Of a stretch of DNA of 64,000 nucleotides, positions 34,819-43,941 are shown piece by piece. The stretch spans positions 3,077 through 67,076 of the forward strand of contig CADECM010000017.1 in the NCBI GenBank assembly GCA_902825845.1, in the 5' to 3' direction. Position 1 is the stretch's first letter; every line of letters starts with the position of its first letter. Source of the stretch: an uncultured beta proteobacterium. Lineage in GTDB: Bacteria; Pseudomonadota; Gammaproteobacteria; Burkholderiales; SG8-41. The notes under the pieces were generated by a model, which was not told the DNA's origin, made no database searches, and was given only the letters and a program-made list of their open reading frames with translations. Both the position numbers and the translations under genes were made by a program.

Positions 34819-34944
34819 TTGAGCTTGGTTTTTCGCGCTTGCATACTGCATTCGTCCTTTACCAATGAGTAAGGCGAACCGCTCGCGAGGAGAAGTCAGG
34901 CTGGACTACTTGGGGGCAAAGTTGAACACACAAAGGAGAATTAC
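34819..34944 (+). promoter_or_regulatory. predicted sigma70 promoter plus conserved 5'UTR of porin 3
   Basis: TTGAGC (34819-24), a 17-nt spacer and CATACT (34842-47). The leader keeps TTCGTCCTTTAC..GTAAGGCGAA.CGCTCGCGAGGA and a hairpin with a compensatory change (AGTC..GACT versus GGTC..GACC). Confidence 0.5.
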
Positions 34945-36150
34945 ATGCAGAAGAAGCTAATTGCAGTGGCCGTCGGCGGTGCGCTCGCCGCGATCGGCGC
35001 CGCTCCGGCGCTGGCGCAGAACGCGACCGTGAACGTGTACGGAACATTCTACGGCGAGTACTCTCGCCTTAATAATGGCGCCCAGACGGGTACTGGCAGT
35101 CAGTATCAGACCTACGACCACTTCCAGAACCCCGGTTCGGAAATCGGTTTCCGCGGCGAAGAAAAACTGGGTGGCGGATTGTCGGCGTGGTTCCAGTGCG
35201 CAAGCTCGCTCGACTATCGCGGTGGCGGTAACACCTCGTCCACCAACAATCAGGCTGGCAGCTACTGGTGCTCGCGTAACAGCGCGCTGGGTCTGAAGGG
35301 CGGCTTCGGTAATGTCTTCTACGGCAACTGGCAGACCCCGTGGACCCGTATTAATTCCGCGGGCAATGTCGGCTCCAACGACACCGGTGTGTTTGGTAAC
35401 GCCCACCTGATTGCCGGCACGTCGTCGACCTTCGGCATCGCGGCACCGGGACAGAACATCAATACGCTGTCTCCCGCCGTATATCGCCGCCGTCAGAATA
35501 ACCTGTTCACCTACGAGACGCCCACCTTCGGCGGCTTCAAGGCGATGGGTGCGGTCACCACGCGCAACTACGCTTCCGCGGCGACCAGCGCGCAACTCAA
35601 GGCCCGCCTGTGGTCCATCGGCGCGCAGTTTGCCAATGGCCCGATCTTCGTCGGCGCAGCTTATGAGAAGCACGACAACTTCTACAACCGCGGCACCGCC
35701 GCCCTGCCGAATGCCGGCGACGACAAATCGTGGACCGTGGCAGCCGCCTATACTCTGCCTATCCGGCTGAAACTCGGCGGCAGTGTGCAGCAGATCAAAT
35801 CGGACGCCGTGCTGAATGCGCAGACCAAGGTAACGACGTTCCACTTTGGTATTGACTGGATGATTGCGGGTCCGCATGGCGTGCGTGCAGGCTATTCGCG
35901 TGCCGGCGATGTCAAGGGTCCGGTGGGTACTGCGATGAACGCCCGTCCGGCCGCCAACGCCAACACCAAGGCGGACATGTGGCAGATTCGCTATGTTTAC
36001 GCGCTGTCCAAGCGTACCGAAGTCACGGCGGGTTACTCGCGCACCAACAACCGCGCCAACGCGACGTACGAAACCGGTGGATCCAACTCGACGCAGTTCC
36101 CGGGCACGGATTCCAGCGCCATCGCTGTTGCTCTAAGGCATTCGTTCTAA
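34945..36150 (+). CDS. Gram-negative trimeric-type porin, paralogue 3
   Basis: MQKKLIAVAVGGALAAIGAAPALA/QNATVNVYGTFYGEY..., ending AVALRHSF. Confidence 0.9.
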   Translation: MQKKLIAVAVGGALAAIGAAPALAQNATVNVYGTFYGEYSRLNNGAQTGTGSQYQTYDHFQNPGSEIGFRGEEKLGGGLSAWFQCASSLDYRGGGNTSSTNNQAGSYWCSRNSALGLKGGFGNVFYGNWQTPWTRINSAGNVGSNDTGVFGNAHLIAGTSSTFGIAAPGQNINTLSPAVYRRRQNNLFTYETPTFGGFKAMGAVTTRNYASAATSAQLKARLWSIGAQFANGPIFVGAAYEKHDNFYNRGTAALPNAGDDKSWTVAAAYTLPIRLKLGGSVQQIKSDAVLNAQTKVTTFHFGIDWMIAGPHGVRAGYSRAGDVKGPVGTAMNARPAANANTKADMWQIRYVYALSKRTEVTAGYSRTNNRANATYETGGSNSTQFPGTDSSAIAVALRHSF

Positions 36151-36176
36151 GAAGACTGCCAAATCGTTGTACCTTC

Positions 36177-36204
36177 AAACGGGCGCTTCGGCGCCCGTTT
36201 TTTA
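36177..36204 (+). terminator. rho-independent terminator of porin 3
   Basis: AAACGGGCGCttcgGCGCCCGTTTTTT, identical to the porin-2 terminator. Confidence 0.85.
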
Positions 36205-36242
36205 TGGGGGTGTCACGGGGCGGCGCTACGCCCGCCTGTCCG

Positions 36243-38699
36243 CTACTCGCCCAGCATTTCCCGGTACAAGGCCTCCAGGTTACGCGCAAACGCGGGGGTG
36301 TCAAACAGCGGCGCGCTGTCGCGGGCCAGTGCGAGGCGGTCACGGAAGGCCTGCAGCACCGCGGGTTCGAGCGCAAGCCGCAGCGCCAGCGCTTCATAGT
36401 CGTGCAGGTTGGTGGTGATCAGGTCCGCGAGATTGGCGGCGGTCAGCACGCTGCCGCTCACGCGCGCGGCGAAGGTGTCGGCGCACAGTCCCACCGCAAG
36501 GCAGCCGCACCACAGGCCGTCGCTCAGCGTGGTGTGCGAGGTATACGGCCAGGTGTCGAGCGCCAGATCGGCCACGCGGTAACGCGCGAGGTGCAGCGCG
36601 TACGGCATGCGTGGTGCAAATACCAGCCGCTCCGCCGCGATGCCTTGCGCGCGCGCGGCTGCGGCGAGGTTCTGTTTCGCCGGTGCGTTGCTTTCCACCA
36701 GCCACAGCACGCTGCCCGGCACCTTGTCGAGCAGGCGCATCCAGACTTCGAACACATCCGGCGTGATCTTGTAGGTCTGGTTAAAGCAGCAAAAAACGAA
36801 TCCCTGCGCCGGCAAGCCGTAAGCCTCGCGCGACAGCGGCTCCGCGATCTCGCGCTTGCGGTCATTGGGCTGATAACAGTGCGGCATGCGTAACACGCGT
36901 TCGGCACAACTGCTTTCTTCGCCGTCGCGGATGATATAGGGATCGGCGATCAGGTAATCCACGAAGGGCGCGCCGGTGGTGCCGGGATAACCGAGCCAGG
37001 TCACCTGTATGTCGCACGGCCGATGCGCCATGATGGTCAGCCGGTCGCCCACGGTGTACCCCTTGATCTCGATCAATATGTCGATTCCGTCGCGCCGAAT
37101 GCGTTCGGCGGCGATGTCGTCCGGATCCCACGCGATGTCGACGAAGTGCTCCACCGCGCGCATGATGCGCAGCCGCATGGGGCTTGCGTCCTGCGGCCCA
37201 TAGGAATACGCGAATATCTCGTATTGCCCGCGGTCGTGCTGTTCCAGCAGATCCGCCACCAGGTACGCCGCCGCGTGTTCCTGAAAATCGGCTGATAGAT
37301 AGCCGATGCGCAGGCGCCGGCCGGCGTATTGGGCTGAACCGGCACCGTGCCTGCGGGGCGGGGTTGCGATCGCCCCATAGCGGGCCGCGGCCCAGCGCGT
37401 GGTGTACTGCAATTGCTGCCGCGGCGTGATGGGTTCGCACAACAGCCAGAACGGACTGCCCAGCATGGCGTCGCTGTCGAGCAAGGGCGTCATGCGGGCC
37501 CACGCCTCGCGCCAGCGCGGCCAATCGCAAATCTGGCGGTACTGGTTCGTCAACTGGCCCAGTATTTCGCCGTCACGCGTGCGCTCATAGCTGCGTTCGA
37601 GCAGGGAAATCGCCTCATCGAATCGCTGGCGGTAGAGCAGGAGGTTGGCGATCAGCGTGCAGGCGGCGGTCGAATCGGGCGCGCGCTCGATCCAGCGCTG
37701 TCCAACCGTTTGTGCTTCGTCCAGCTGCCCGACTTCGAACAGGGCGTTGGCCAACGCCTGCAGCGCCGCGACGTTGTCCGGTTCCGCGTCCGCGACAAAG
37801 CGCATATGCGGCAACGCTTCACTGGTGCGGCCCAGCGCGAGACAGCTCAGGTAGAGGCCCTCGCGCGTGCCCACATCGTCCGGCGCCGCGCGCAGCGCCG
37901 CAAGAAACTGCTCGCGCGCCTCGCTGTGCCGGCCGAGCACGGACAGGGACCTGCCGGCGCCGCAGGCGGCCGCCGGCATGCCGGGCGCGGCGGCAAGGGC
38001 ACGGTGGTGGCACGCCAATGCCGCTTCGAAATTCTGCTCCCGCTCGCGCACCACGCCCAGGTTCACCCAGGCTTCGGCATGCTGCGGCTGCGCGCGCGCG
38101 GCGCGTTCAAACCAGGCAGCCGCGGCGGCCAGATCGCCCTGTTCAAGGTCGATGACGCCGAGGTTAAACAGGGCATCGGGGTGATTTGAAAATTGCTGGA
38201 CGATCAGCTCGAACTCCGCGCGCGCGCCGGCGGTGTCGCCGGCGCGGTAGCGTGCCTGGCCAAGGTTGACCCGGATATCCGGTTCCCGCGGCGCCAACTG
38301 TGTCGCGCGCTGCAACTCGGCAACCGCTTCCGGCACGCTGCCCAGATTCAGCAACGCCATGCCGAGGCGCATGAACACGATGGCGGGCGCGCGCGGTATC
38401 GCCGCGGCACGGCGCAGTACGCCGGCGGCGTCGGCGAAACGTCCCAGCATCAGATAGGCAAGCCCGAGTCCGTCCAGCACCATGCCGTTGCGCGGATCGG
38501 GGAGCAGCGCGCGCTCGAGCGGTTCAACCGCCGTTGCCGCATCGCCGGCGGCCATGTGCGCCATACCTTTGATCCACAGCGCCTGCGGATGTGCGGGTGT
38601 GCGGCGCAGTATGGATTCGACAATGGCGAGGGCGCCATCAATGTCGCCATTCTGCAAACAGGCCTGCGCTTTATCGAACTGTGCGTCCTGCCGGGGCAT
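36243..38699 (-). CDS. TPR-repeat protein fused to GT41 (O-GlcNAc transferase-like), second paralogue
   Basis: 818 aa with ~11 TPRs. The C-terminus has LRIGYLSADFQEHA, VTWLGYPGTTGAPFVDYLIADP, FVFCCFNQTYKI and DTWPYTSHTTLSDGLWCG. Confidence 0.85.
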   Translation of the reverse strand: MPRQDAQFDKAQACLQNGDIDGALAIVESILRRTPAHPQALWIKGMAHMAAGDAATAVEPLERALLPDPRNGMVLDGLGLAYLMLGRFADAAGVLRRAAAIPRAPAIVFMRLGMALLNLGSVPEAVAELQRATQLAPREPDIRVNLGQARYRAGDTAGARAEFELIVQQFSNHPDALFNLGVIDLEQGDLAAAAAWFERAARAQPQHAEAWVNLGVVREREQNFEAALACHHRALAAAPGMPAAACGAGRSLSVLGRHSEAREQFLAALRAAPDDVGTREGLYLSCLALGRTSEALPHMRFVADAEPDNVAALQALANALFEVGQLDEAQTVGQRWIERAPDSTAACTLIANLLLYRQRFDEAISLLERSYERTRDGEILGQLTNQYRQICDWPRWREAWARMTPLLDSDAMLGSPFWLLCEPITPRQQLQYTTRWAAARYGAIATPPRRHGAGSAQYAGRRLRIGYLSADFQEHAAAYLVADLLEQHDRGQYEIFAYSYGPQDASPMRLRIMRAVEHFVDIAWDPDDIAAERIRRDGIDILIEIKGYTVGDRLTIMAHRPCDIQVTWLGYPGTTGAPFVDYLIADPYIIRDGEESSCAERVLRMPHCYQPNDRKREIAEPLSREAYGLPAQGFVFCCFNQTYKITPDVFEVWMRLLDKVPGSVLWLVESNAPAKQNLAAAARAQGIAAERLVFAPRMPYALHLARYRVADLALDTWPYTSHTTLSDGLWCGCLAVGLCADTFAARVSGSVLTAANLADLITTNLHDYEALALRLALEPAVLQAFRDRLALARDSAPLFDTPAFARNLEALYREMLGE

Positions 38700-38797
38700 G
38701 CATGGCCTGCGTGGGATTCGTGTGCATTACGCCGCTATTATAAGTCCGACCGAAACGGCGATGTGGTACAGTTGCCGCAGCGATTTATTTTTCCGAC

Positions 38798-39688
38798 TTG
38801 ATTGCAGCCACTTCCTCCATGCGCATCGCCGTGGTGACGGCATCCAACGATGCCTACTTTGACAGCCTTGATTTGCTGCTTCAATCGCTTGCGGGGTTTG
38901 AGCGCTACGGCGACATTGGGACGCATGTGCTGGATGTCGGCTTGAACGAAACACAGGTGCGCACGCTGCAGGCCGCGGGGCATGTCATCGTGCGTCCCGG
39001 CTGGGATGTCGATGTGTCGCCCTGGAAAGGCGTGCCGGCGTGGTTCAGGGCAATGACCGCGCGCCCTTTTCTGCCCAAACATATTGCCGGCGCCGATTTG
39101 TTGTTGTGGCTCGATGCGGACATCTGGGTGCAGGACCAGGACATGTTGTATGACTACGTGCGTGTGGCGCAGGGGGGCAGTCTGGCCGTGTGCCTGGAAA
39201 TGGACCGCAGTTACGACAATGTGTTCATGCGCAATGCGAGCAGGGAAATCTACCACGACAATCTGCTGAAGTATTATGGCCAGGAGGCGGCCAACCGGCT
39301 GATCCACCTGCCCATGATGAACTGCGGCGCATTCGCCATGCGGCGCGATCATCCCTTGTGGACCTTGTGGCAGACCACCATGCAGGGCGCGGTGAAGAAG
39401 CACTGCTCCAACTTCCTGGAGCAGACTGCGCTCAATATGGCGGTGTTCAGCGGTAACATTGCGCCGCATTTTCTGCCGGCGCGCCATAACTGGATGGCCT
39501 GTCACGCGGTGCCGATGCTGGATGAGGTCAGCGGCCAGTTTGTGGAACCCGCCGTGCCGCACGACAGGCTGGGGCTGGTGCATCTGGCGTGCGGTCTGTG
39601 GAAACGCGATGATGTCGATTTCCGCAGCACCGCCGGCAAGCTGTTAAAGGGACCGCTGCGTACACGCGCAGCGGCAAAGGCGGGCTAA
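38798..39688 (+). CDS. GT8-like glycosyltransferase
   Basis: RIAVVTASNDAYFDSL, LLWLDADIWVQD (DXD) and LEQTALNMAVF. The start may be the ATG at 38819. Confidence 0.55.
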   Translation: MIAATSSMRIAVVTASNDAYFDSLDLLLQSLAGFERYGDIGTHVLDVGLNETQVRTLQAAGHVIVRPGWDVDVSPWKGVPAWFRAMTARPFLPKHIAGADLLLWLDADIWVQDQDMLYDYVRVAQGGSLAVCLEMDRSYDNVFMRNASREIYHDNLLKYYGQEAANRLIHLPMMNCGAFAMRRDHPLWTLWQTTMQGAVKKHCSNFLEQTALNMAVFSGNIAPHFLPARHNWMACHAVPMLDEVSGQFVEPAVPHDRLGLVHLACGLWKRDDVDFRSTAGKLLKGPLRTRAAAKAG

Positions 39689-39726
39689 GTGCGCCTTGCG
39701 CTCACGGTTTCCGGCGGGCGGACGCC

Positions 39727-40410
39727 ATGATTAACATCTGTATCGGCTACGACCCGCGCGAGGCGGTGGCCTTCAGCGTGCTCGCGTACAGTATCCATGC
39801 CCGCGCCACGCAGCCGGTGTCCATCGCGCCGCTGATGCTGTCGCAACTGGGCGGAGTGTTGACGCGCGAGCGCCATCCCCTGCAAAGCACGGATTTTTCC
39901 TTTTCGCGGTTTCTCACGCCGTATCTGTCGGGCTTTGCGGGTTGGTCCCTGTTCATGGATTGCGACATGCTGGTGCAGGAGGACGTTGCAAAGCTGTGGG
40001 CATTGCGCGACGACAGGTTTGCCGTGATGGTGGTCAAGCACGAGCACGTTCCGAGGGAGACCACCAAGTTCCTCGGCGAGCCGCAGACGAAATACGAAAA
40101 GAAAAACTGGTCCAGCGTGATACTGTTCAATAACGCGAAATGCCGGGCACTCACGCCGGGCTATGTGAACACGGCATCGGGACTCGATCTGCACCAGTTC
40201 AAGTGGCTGAACGACGACGCGCTGATCGGCGAGCTGCCCGACCGCTGGAATCATCTGGTGGGGTACAACCCGCCGCGCGCCGATGCGGCGTTGGTGCATT
40301 ACACGCTGGGCGGACCGTATTTCGCGGAGTACGCCGGCTGCGAATACAGCGCGCAGTGGCGCCGCGAACGCGACGCCATGCTGAGCATCAGCGCCGCCAA
40401 AAAAACTTAG
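39727..40410 (+). CDS. GT8-like/DXD glycosyltransferase
   Basis: 227 aa with INICIGYDPREAVAFSVLAYSI, SLFMDCDMLV (DXD) and HYTLGGPYF. Confidence 0.5.
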   Translation: MINICIGYDPREAVAFSVLAYSIHARATQPVSIAPLMLSQLGGVLTRERHPLQSTDFSFSRFLTPYLSGFAGWSLFMDCDMLVQEDVAKLWALRDDRFAVMVVKHEHVPRETTKFLGEPQTKYEKKNWSSVILFNNAKCRALTPGYVNTASGLDLHQFKWLNDDALIGELPDRWNHLVGYNPPRADAALVHYTLGGPYFAEYAGCEYSAQWRRERDAMLSISAAKKT

Positions 40411-40481
40411 ACAGCGCAGGCCGTAAACCCTAGAATCGGCCACGCCATGCACGCCGGGCGCAGCCCCGCGCGAGGGCGTGC

Positions 40482-41957
40482 GTGCATCAATCCGCCATGG
40501 ACCCGGCCCGCCATTCCGTTACCGCCAGCACCGACGTGCACGACGCGCTTGAACGCGCCTCGGAATTGTTGCGCGTCCACGATGATCTGCTCGCGCGCGC
40601 CGCGCTGGCCGCGGAACAGCCGGATGCCGATCCGGCGGAGGTCGAGCAGGACATTCGGCGGCAGGTCGAGAACCTCGAACAGATAAGGGCCCTGCTCGAT
40701 CCGCTGCATCCGGCGGACGTGGCTTATATCCTCGAAGCGCTGCCGCTCACGCAGCGGCTGGTGGTGTGGGATCTGGTCAAGGCCGATCGCGACGGCGACA
40801 TACTGCTGGAGGTGTCCGACGCGGTTCGCGTCACCCTGATCGAATATATGGACGATCAGGAGCTGGTCGCCGCCACCGGCCAGCTCGATACCGACGAAAT
40901 CGCCGACCTTGCGCCCGATCTTCCGCGCGAGGTTATCGAGGATGTGTTCAAGCTGCTGCCGCCCGAAGAGCGCGAGCAATTGCGCTCGGCGATGTCGTAT
41001 CCGGAAGATACCGCGGGCGCCTTGATGGACTTTGACATGGTGCAGATCCGCGAAGACGTCACGCTGGAGGTTGTGCTGCGCTATCTGCGCCGTCTTGATG
41101 AACTGCCCGATCATACCGATCAGTTGTTCGTGGTGGATCGCGCGGGGCAGCTGAAGGGGCTGGTGCCGGTGAATCTGCTGCTGGTGACGGACGTGGAGGT
41201 GGTGGTCGGCGATGTCATGAAGAAGGAATTTTCGCGCTTCAACGGCAATGACGATGCGGGCGAGGTGGCGGCCGCATTCGAGCGCTACGACCTGATCTCC
41301 GCGCCGGTGGTGGACGACGGTGGCAGACTGATGGGGCGGGTTTCGGTCGACGCCGTGGTGGACTACATGCACGCAAAGACCGACAGCGAGAAGCTGAGCG
41401 CCGGCGGTCTGCGCGAGGACGAGGATATTTTTGCCTCAGTGTGGAAAAGCGTGCAAAACCGCTGGACCTGGCTGGCGCTGAATTTGATCACGGCGTTCAT
41501 TGCCTCGCGGGTGATCGGCCTGTTCGAAGGGTCCATCGGTAAACTGGTGGCGCTGGCGGCATTGATGCCGATCATCGCGGGTATCGGCGGCAATTCCGGC
41601 AACCAGACCATTACCATGATCGTACGTGCGCTGGCACTGGGACAGATTACGCGGCAGAATGCGCGCAAGTTGTTCGCCAAGGAACTCTCCGTCAGCGCCC
41701 TGAATGGCCTGATCTGGGGCGGCCTGGTGGGGCTTTTCGCGTTTTTGATCTACCATAATTGGCAATTGGGGCTGGTCATGATGCTGGCGATGGTGCTGAA
41801 TCTGCTGCTGGCCGCGTTCATGGGCGTATTGATTCCCATGGCCATGGACAAGCTGGGGCGGGACCCCGCGGTAGGTTCCAGCGTGATGATTACCGCCATT
41901 ACCGACAGCGGCGGGTTTTTCATTTTCCTCGGGCTGGCGACCTTGTTCCTCCTATGA
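40482..41957 (+). CDS. mgtE: magnesium transporter MgtE
   Basis: An N-domain, two CBS-like segments and a C-terminal TM domain with PIIAGIGGNSGNQT and VMITAITDSGGFFIFLGLA. The exact start is uncertain. Confidence 0.9.
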   Translation: MHQSAMDPARHSVTASTDVHDALERASELLRVHDDLLARAALAAEQPDADPAEVEQDIRRQVENLEQIRALLDPLHPADVAYILEALPLTQRLVVWDLVKADRDGDILLEVSDAVRVTLIEYMDDQELVAATGQLDTDEIADLAPDLPREVIEDVFKLLPPEEREQLRSAMSYPEDTAGALMDFDMVQIREDVTLEVVLRYLRRLDELPDHTDQLFVVDRAGQLKGLVPVNLLLVTDVEVVVGDVMKKEFSRFNGNDDAGEVAAAFERYDLISAPVVDDGGRLMGRVSVDAVVDYMHAKTDSEKLSAGGLREDEDIFASVWKSVQNRWTWLALNLITAFIASRVIGLFEGSIGKLVALAALMPIIAGIGGNSGNQTITMIVRALALGQITRQNARKLFAKELSVSALNGLIWGGLVGLFAFLIYHNWQLGLVMMLAMVLNLLLAAFMGVLIPMAMDKLGRDPAVGSSVMITAITDSGGFFIFLGLATLFLL

Positions 41958-42110
41958 CGCCTGCAATGGATCGGAATAATTGGCTTCAGTCACTGTTAGC
42001 CGGCGTGAAGCATTGCAATTCCGCGGGTTTCGGCGCCACGATGACGGGGCGGCGGACGCGGGCACAATGTTCGTTGACATTCCTGACCCGGCACGGCCTG
42101 CCCGGATTCC

Positions 42111-42632
42111 ATGCGCGCTGACTTGGACGAATTCGGTGCACATGCCGCGAGCGTTATTCCGCGTTTAAGGCGCTATGCGCGGGCGTTGACCGGCGACACC
42201 CTGCTGGCCGACGATCTGGTTCAGGATACGCTGGAACGCGCGCTTATCAAGCGTCACCTGTGGCGTGAGGGCAGCGATCTGCGCGCCTGGATGTTTACCA
42301 TCATGCACAACGTTTACGTCAATCAATTGCGATCCCGCCCGGCCGAGGCGCCGGTTACCCTGGATGCGGAGGCGTACAACGTCGCTTCGCGTGCCAGTCC
42401 CGTCGACATGCTCGAGGTGGGCGACATCGACGCGGCAATACGGCGCTTGCCGGCAGAGCAGCGCGAGGTGTTGCTGCTGGTGGCGCTGGAGCAGCTGAGT
42501 TATGCCGAGACCGCGCAGGCCTTGGGTATTCCGCTGGGTACGGTGATGTCCCGGCTGTACCGCGCGCGCGAGCGTGTGCGGGGATTGCTCGACGGCAGTG
42601 CGCCGCAGGGCATCCTGAAGGTGGTGAAATGA
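42111..42632 (+). CDS. ECF-type RNA polymerase sigma factor
   Basis: Region 2 DLVQDTLERA...WMFTIMHNVYVNQLR and region 4 LSYAETAQALGIPLGTVMSRLYRARERV. Confidence 0.9.
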   Translation: MRADLDEFGAHAASVIPRLRRYARALTGDTLLADDLVQDTLERALIKRHLWREGSDLRAWMFTIMHNVYVNQLRSRPAEAPVTLDAEAYNVASRASPVDMLEVGDIDAAIRRLPAEQREVLLLVALEQLSYAETAQALGIPLGTVMSRLYRARERVRGLLDGSAPQGILKVVK

Positions 42633-43414
42633 GCAAACGCGAGATCACCGAAGCGGACCTGCAAGCGTGGGTGGATGGGCGCCTGCCCGGAGACGAACGC
42701 GCGCAGGTGGAGGCATGGCTTGCCGATCATCCGAAGGACGCCGAACGCCTCGAACAGTACCGCCGTCTGAACGAGGCTTTGCATGGGGCCTATGACTCAG
42801 TGCTCGACGAACCCGTTCCAGGCCACTTCAGCGCACTGGTGCGGCGAACGCACCGTCCGCGGGCGATGCGCCATGCGGCGGTCGTGGCGTGGTGCGCGCT
42901 CGCCGGCGTATTGGGTGCCGTCGGCGGCTGGCAATCGCGCGACTGGTATGCGCGCAGGGATGTCATGCCCTCGGCTCAAATGTTCGCGCGCCAGGCCGCG
43001 GTGGCACATGCGGTATACAGCCGGGAAGTGCGCCATCCGGTCGAGGTCGGTGCCGATCAGGAAAAGCACCTGGTGTCGTGGTTGTCCAAACGCATCGGTT
43101 CGCAATTGCGCGTGCCGCATCTGGGCGAACAGGGCTATGGCCTCGTTGGCGGACGCCTGTTGCCGGGAACGCCCGATGAGCGATCGCCGATTGCGCTGTT
43201 CATGTATCAGGACAGCAAGGGCCAGCGCCTGACGCTGTATGTGCGTACCGACGCCGCGGAATCAAGTGAGACGGCGTTTCGCTTTGCGCAGGAGAAATCC
43301 GTCGGCGTGTTTTACTGGGTGGATCAGAAACTTGGTTATGCCTTGTCCGGCGAAGTCGAAAAAGACGAACTGCTGCGCATCGCCAACGCGGTCTACAAGC
43401 AGTTGAATCCCTGA
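42629..43414 (+). CDS. anti-sigma factor (single-pass membrane)
   Basis: ATGA overlap with the sigma gene, an N-terminal anti-sigma helix pattern (LQAWVDGRL...VEAWLADHP) and the TM segment AAVVAWCALAGVLGAVGGW. Confidence 0.75.
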   Translation: MSKREITEADLQAWVDGRLPGDERAQVEAWLADHPKDAERLEQYRRLNEALHGAYDSVLDEPVPGHFSALVRRTHRPRAMRHAAVVAWCALAGVLGAVGGWQSRDWYARRDVMPSAQMFARQAAVAHAVYSREVRHPVEVGADQEKHLVSWLSKRIGSQLRVPHLGEQGYGLVGGRLLPGTPDERSPIALFMYQDSKGQRLTLYVRTDAAESSETAFRFAQEKSVGVFYWVDQKLGYALSGEVEKDELLRIANAVYKQLNP

Positions 43415-43480
43415 TTCGCCACACGCGGCACTCGCTGTCAGGCGCCGTATGGCGATGCGGCGCTGCGTTATTACTTTATT

Positions 43481-43511
43481 GTAAGTATATGTTTTTATTT
43501 AGTTTTTATAG
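43481..43511 (-). repeat. AT-rich motif copy S15
   Basis: GTAAGTATATGTTTTTATTTAGTTTTTATAG. Confidence 0.55.
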
Positions 43512-43594
43512 ATGGCTTGGGCGGCCAACGAGGCAAGTTCAGCCGCTCGCCACCCGTGCGGCGGTGAACAAGGCACTAAACCGGACCGCCGTAC

Positions 43595-43629
43595 ATAAAA
43601 CAACGGAGACCAAACTTCGGTCTCCGTTG
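43595..43629 (-). terminator. rho-independent terminator of the micro-ORF
   Basis: The minus strand reads CAACGGAGACCgaagtttGGTCTCCGTTG followed by TTTTAT. Confidence 0.75.
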
Positions 43630-43646
43630 AGCTAAAGCGACTGCTA

Positions 43647-43709
43647 TTACTTCTTAGCTGCTTTTTTCTTAGCTACTTTTTTCTTTGCTGCTTTTTTCTT
43701 CGCTGCCAT
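43647..43709 (-). CDS. 20-aa Lys/Ala-rich basic micro-peptide (below ORF-track cutoff)
   Basis: Minus strand: AAAGGAGAC RBS, 5 nt, then atg gca gcg aag aaa aaa gca gca aag aaa aaa gta gct aag aaa aaa gca gct aag aag taa = MAAKKKAAKKKVAKKKAAKK. A terminator lies 18 nt downstream. Confidence 0.55.
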   Translation of the reverse strand: MAAKKKAAKKKVAKKKAAKK

Positions 43710-43907
43710 TTGAGTCTCCTTTAAAGTTAACTTTGGCATCGTTTGCTACGGATATTTTTCCGCAGCCCCATTCATAATTCGAAGAACTCTGCGCAAGTTG
43801 CCGCATCATTCTGCCGGCTGCCGCGCACTTCACACGAACTACTTTGCATGAAGCGCGCGATTCACCAGCGAAACCATGCATGGTGCGGCAATTCTATTCC
43901 ACCGCAT

Positions 43908-43941
43908 AAAAAAAAAGCAACACTTTTGTTGACTTTTTTTT
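43908..43941. terminator. possible weak bidirectional terminator
   Basis: AAAAAAAAAGCAACActttTGTTGACTTTTTTTT. The stem is short (5-6 bp), so this is a low-confidence call. Confidence 0.3.

Noticed and set aside
40411-40481. Mg2+ riboswitch (M-box) upstream of mgtE
   Set aside because: The gap is only ~70 nt and GC-rich, far shorter than an M-box, with no recognisable conserved helices.
43669-43881. 70-aa minus-strand ORF overlapping the Lys/Ala micro-ORF in another frame
   Set aside because: It has no RBS and an implausible sequence. The 20-codon frame has a canonical RBS and terminator.
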